From positions 45,397,774 to 45,432,968 of the forward strand of contig NC_068991.1 in NCBI RefSeq assembly GCF_001194135.2: a stretch of 35,195 bases of DNA, given 5' to 3'. Of this stretch, positions 32,541 through 35,195 are shown one piece after another. Numbering within the stretch: position 1 is the first letter of the stretch; each line of letters opens with the position of its first letter. Source of the stretch: Octopus bimaculoides. Taxonomy: Eukaryota. Below the pieces are notes generated by a model. The model saw only the letters and a program-made list of their open reading frames with translations, searched no databases and was not told the DNA's origin. The position numbers and the translations under genes were made by a program.

Positions 32541-33042
32541 ATAAAAATATAATATGATTCTTTTAAACAGTGAATGGCTAGGAGGGTCCATCCAGATAAA
32601 ATAGGAAACAAAGGGGTCCATATGCAAAAGATGGTTGAGGAACACTGCCATAAAGACATCCAAGTCTGATGCTGTAATACTTTGCTTCAGACACTATTAT
32701 CCTGTATATCATTATTATCATAATTTATGCAGTTGCTCTTCCATAAGTTGAGACATGGTTGGATGATTTTTATCATTCAGCTTCTAAGGTATCCTCATAT
32801 GACAGACCATCTTGTATTGTCCTGTCTTGCTGCTTTGTTCCTGTGTCTATATGGAACATTTTTATGAAACTGGTGAGGTATATACATCAGTTGGTTTCTA
32901 AATATATAAGCATTTTCCCTGGCATGCTAATGATTCTGCCAGCTTGCTGCTTTTATTACTACTACTATTACCAGCCATAAATGTACATTGATATCTTTAC
33001 TCCATCATTTCCAGCCGTAATTCTTGATCTCTATTTTTCTAG

Positions 33043-33085
33043 ACATCATCACAGAAAAAAGCCAAGAACAGTTTCCATGACAACG
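33043..33085 (+). CDS. Coding exon 6 (TSSQKKAKNSFHDN); the gene continues beyond the window
   Basis: CTCTATTTTTCTAG| acceptor, 43 nt, ACG|GTGAGT consensus donor, phase 0 to 1. Confidence 0.8.
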
Positions 33086-33553
33086 GTGAGTTGATTATGT
33101 TAACCTTGTTGTTGTTAAATGCAATTCTTACATACACAACTTTTTTTTCTTTTTATAATGGTTTGGTTGTTTGATGTTCCAATGGCCTTTACAGGCCTTC
33201 CACAACCTGTCAGATATATGCAGCAGATGTTCTCCTTGATGGTCATATCAAAAGCATGACCATGAATGTAAATTCCAGTGAATAGGGTTCTGGAGGGAAA
33301 GGGCTAGGCAGAATAGTTAATAAGGGCAAGGTGGGATGGAGTGGGAGGAGGAATGCAGCAAGTTGGTAAGGTCTGAATGGAGGTAACAGCCTATAAGCCT
33401 TCTTTGGCAAACAGTGGCAACTTTAGTTGACCTCACGGGGAGACAGCACATCTATGGGCCAAAGTATGGAGTGTGTTGTATAGCTTCAGACACATGTTTG
33501 TTGTTGTGATAAGCTAGTTTCAAGAGTCCTAGAAATGTTAAGGTTTTTTAAGC

Positions 33554-34031
33554 CAGTGGAATTCTGGTTTAAGCATCCCATATGACCCCTTGTAATCTTT
33601 GTATTTTTTGGGAATTTTCAGAAAATTTTTGTGAATTTGTGTTCGACGCACAGGAATTCATATGATTATTAAAAAGAAATTTTTTTTAAGCTCACCCCAC
33701 ATAAATCTTAAAATTTCCAGTCTTTTTTGAATTTTTGTTTTGAAATCAGTTAAAGAATATGGGATTTGATTAAATCTCAGCAATGGACCATTGAATGTGT
33801 TTATGAGGAGAAAGATACTGCAAAACATATAGGTCAGGGTGACAAAGAAACATGGAAGGTATCAGGTGGTTGTGAGATGTGCTAAATCACCCACAAATCA
33901 CACAAAAAATATTTCATTTTGCATAATCATTTTAATTCTGGTGTGTAGAACACAAAATTGCAAAAATTTTCTGAAAATTTCAAAAATCAAAAAGTCGAAG
34001 GGTTAAATGGGTGCTTAAACCAAATTCTGCC
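33554..34031. mobile_element. MITE-like non-autonomous element with about 110-bp imperfect terminal inverted repeats
   Basis: Left arm 'aattctggtttaagcatcccatatgaccc...aattttcagaaaatttttgtgaatttgtgttc...tgatta' aligns to the reverse complement of the right arm at about 33923-34026. Confidence 0.7.
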
Positions 34032-34329
34032 TTTAAGCCTTTAAATCTACTCTTGTAAATTGTTATCTTGTATGAGAGGGTAGATGGTGAAGACAAGAAG
34101 TTATCAGATTACAGCAGACAAGGAACAAAGCAACTGGCATCATCATTTTAGTATCCACTACCATTCTTGCATAAGCGAAACAGAATTTGCTGAAGCTGGA
34201 TGCCCTTCCTGTTGCCAACCTACTTCTTTCCAGGCGAGCTATGTTTTTGCTCAATGTTGAAAATAAAAAACAATGACAATCATTTGCAATTATCACATGA
34301 TGTCAAAACAAAGAGAGACATACACACAC

Positions 34330-34470
34330 ACAGACACATGCATGCTTCTTTTAGTTTCTATCCACAAATCCACTCAAATGGCTTTGAATAGCCTATGACA
34401 GAAGATACTTGCTCAAGGTGCCACACAGTGGGATGAACCCCAGAACCATGTGGTTGAGAAACAAGCACTA
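34330..34470 (-). mobile_element. SINE family A 5' fragment
   Basis: 'caaatccactca...gaagatacttgctcaaggtgccacacagtgg...agaaccatgtggttg'. Confidence 0.7.
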
Positions 34471-34922
34471 CATAAGAATGTTATGAGCAGAAATATGAAT
34501 TTGTGTTCATGTAAACAAATATTTAGCCTTGCTGTGAAGAAAAGGAAATTACACACACCACTTCAAGTTTGTCCAGATTGGTGTATTCTATGAATAACTT
34601 TATACTGCTAGTCTCTATGGGACCAAATTATAATTGATCTTTGGTGATAATGCTTTATCAAAATCTGAAACTGTTCTAATCAACCTCTTCTTCTGACCAC
34701 TGAGAAAGAGTCCTTTCCCCACTGCTTTATTGGTTACTCCTAGTCTTTACCTTTCCACCGAGACTAAATGTGTGTTTACTAAAAAGGCATACTTGTAAAT
34801 TTATTTTACACTTCCATGCCACCATAGATGAGCGTTAAATGATGATATATAGATATATATATTTGACAGGAAGGACAACAAAAGAAAGAAAGAGACCTCG
34901 ATATTATGCAAATAGAGGAATT

Positions 34923-35114
34923 TATCTGTAAAAATATGTGACACTTATTCAGTAGCCATGATAAAACTCCAAGTTTCGGATGCCAGGGTGGGAGCCCACG
35001 CCAACATCTCTTCAGTTTTCTGGCCAATTGAAAATTCCTGTGAAAAATGACTGGCATCCGAAACTCGGAGTTTTATCATGGCTACTGAATAAGTGTCACA
35101 TATTTTTACAGATA
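34923..35114. mobile_element. Young 192-bp foldback/MITE: 64-bp arms with one mismatch and a 64-bp spacer
   Basis: 34923-34986 equals the reverse complement of 35051-35114 except one A/G position. The outermost bases on each side are TA. Confidence 0.8.
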
Positions 35115-35127
35115 TATATATATGAAC

Positions 35128-35195
35128 ATTGGGCCTCACCGAGGCGATGACTACTGACCGAGACCTTTGGAAATGTGCTGTGCGTGAGAAGACCC
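35128..35195 (+). mobile_element. RTE LINE 3' end, running off the window
   Basis: Translates LGLTEAMTTDRDLWKCAVREKT, the same C-terminus as the 26574-26614 copy. Confidence 0.8.

Overview
Eukaryotic, AT-rich, repeat-dense draft genomic DNA with many N gaps, usually flanked by microsatellites. The SINE and RTE-tail families look like those of Octopus (coleoid cephalopod); this is recognition from memory, not a database hit. Almost every ORF in the supplied track is an artefact of triplet microsatellites, N gaps or decayed transposons. The one host gene I can support is missed by the track. It is a + strand spliced gene: a CpG-containing promoter with E2F- and NRF1-like motifs near 21.28-21.31 kb, then six phase-compatible coding exons (21420-21446, 24819-24924, 27911-27960, 29124-29271, 31074-31174, 33043-33085). 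They give an acidic, Claspin-like N-terminus and the gene continues past the window end. The rest is decayed Tc1/mariner elements (DD37D and DD34D), RTE-clade LINE fragments, a Gypsy gag remnant, three tRNA-derived SINE families (labelled A, B and C here), MITE-like foldbacks and simple repeats. The most notable structures are near-identical inverted retroelement pairs bracketing individual exons, a 64-bp near-perfect hairpin, and a CpG-decay boundary that suggests a methylated domain upstream of the promoter. There is no CRISPR array, rRNA or genuine tRNA gene. Repeat boundaries are approximate (about 10-30 bp); exon boundaries were counted base by base.
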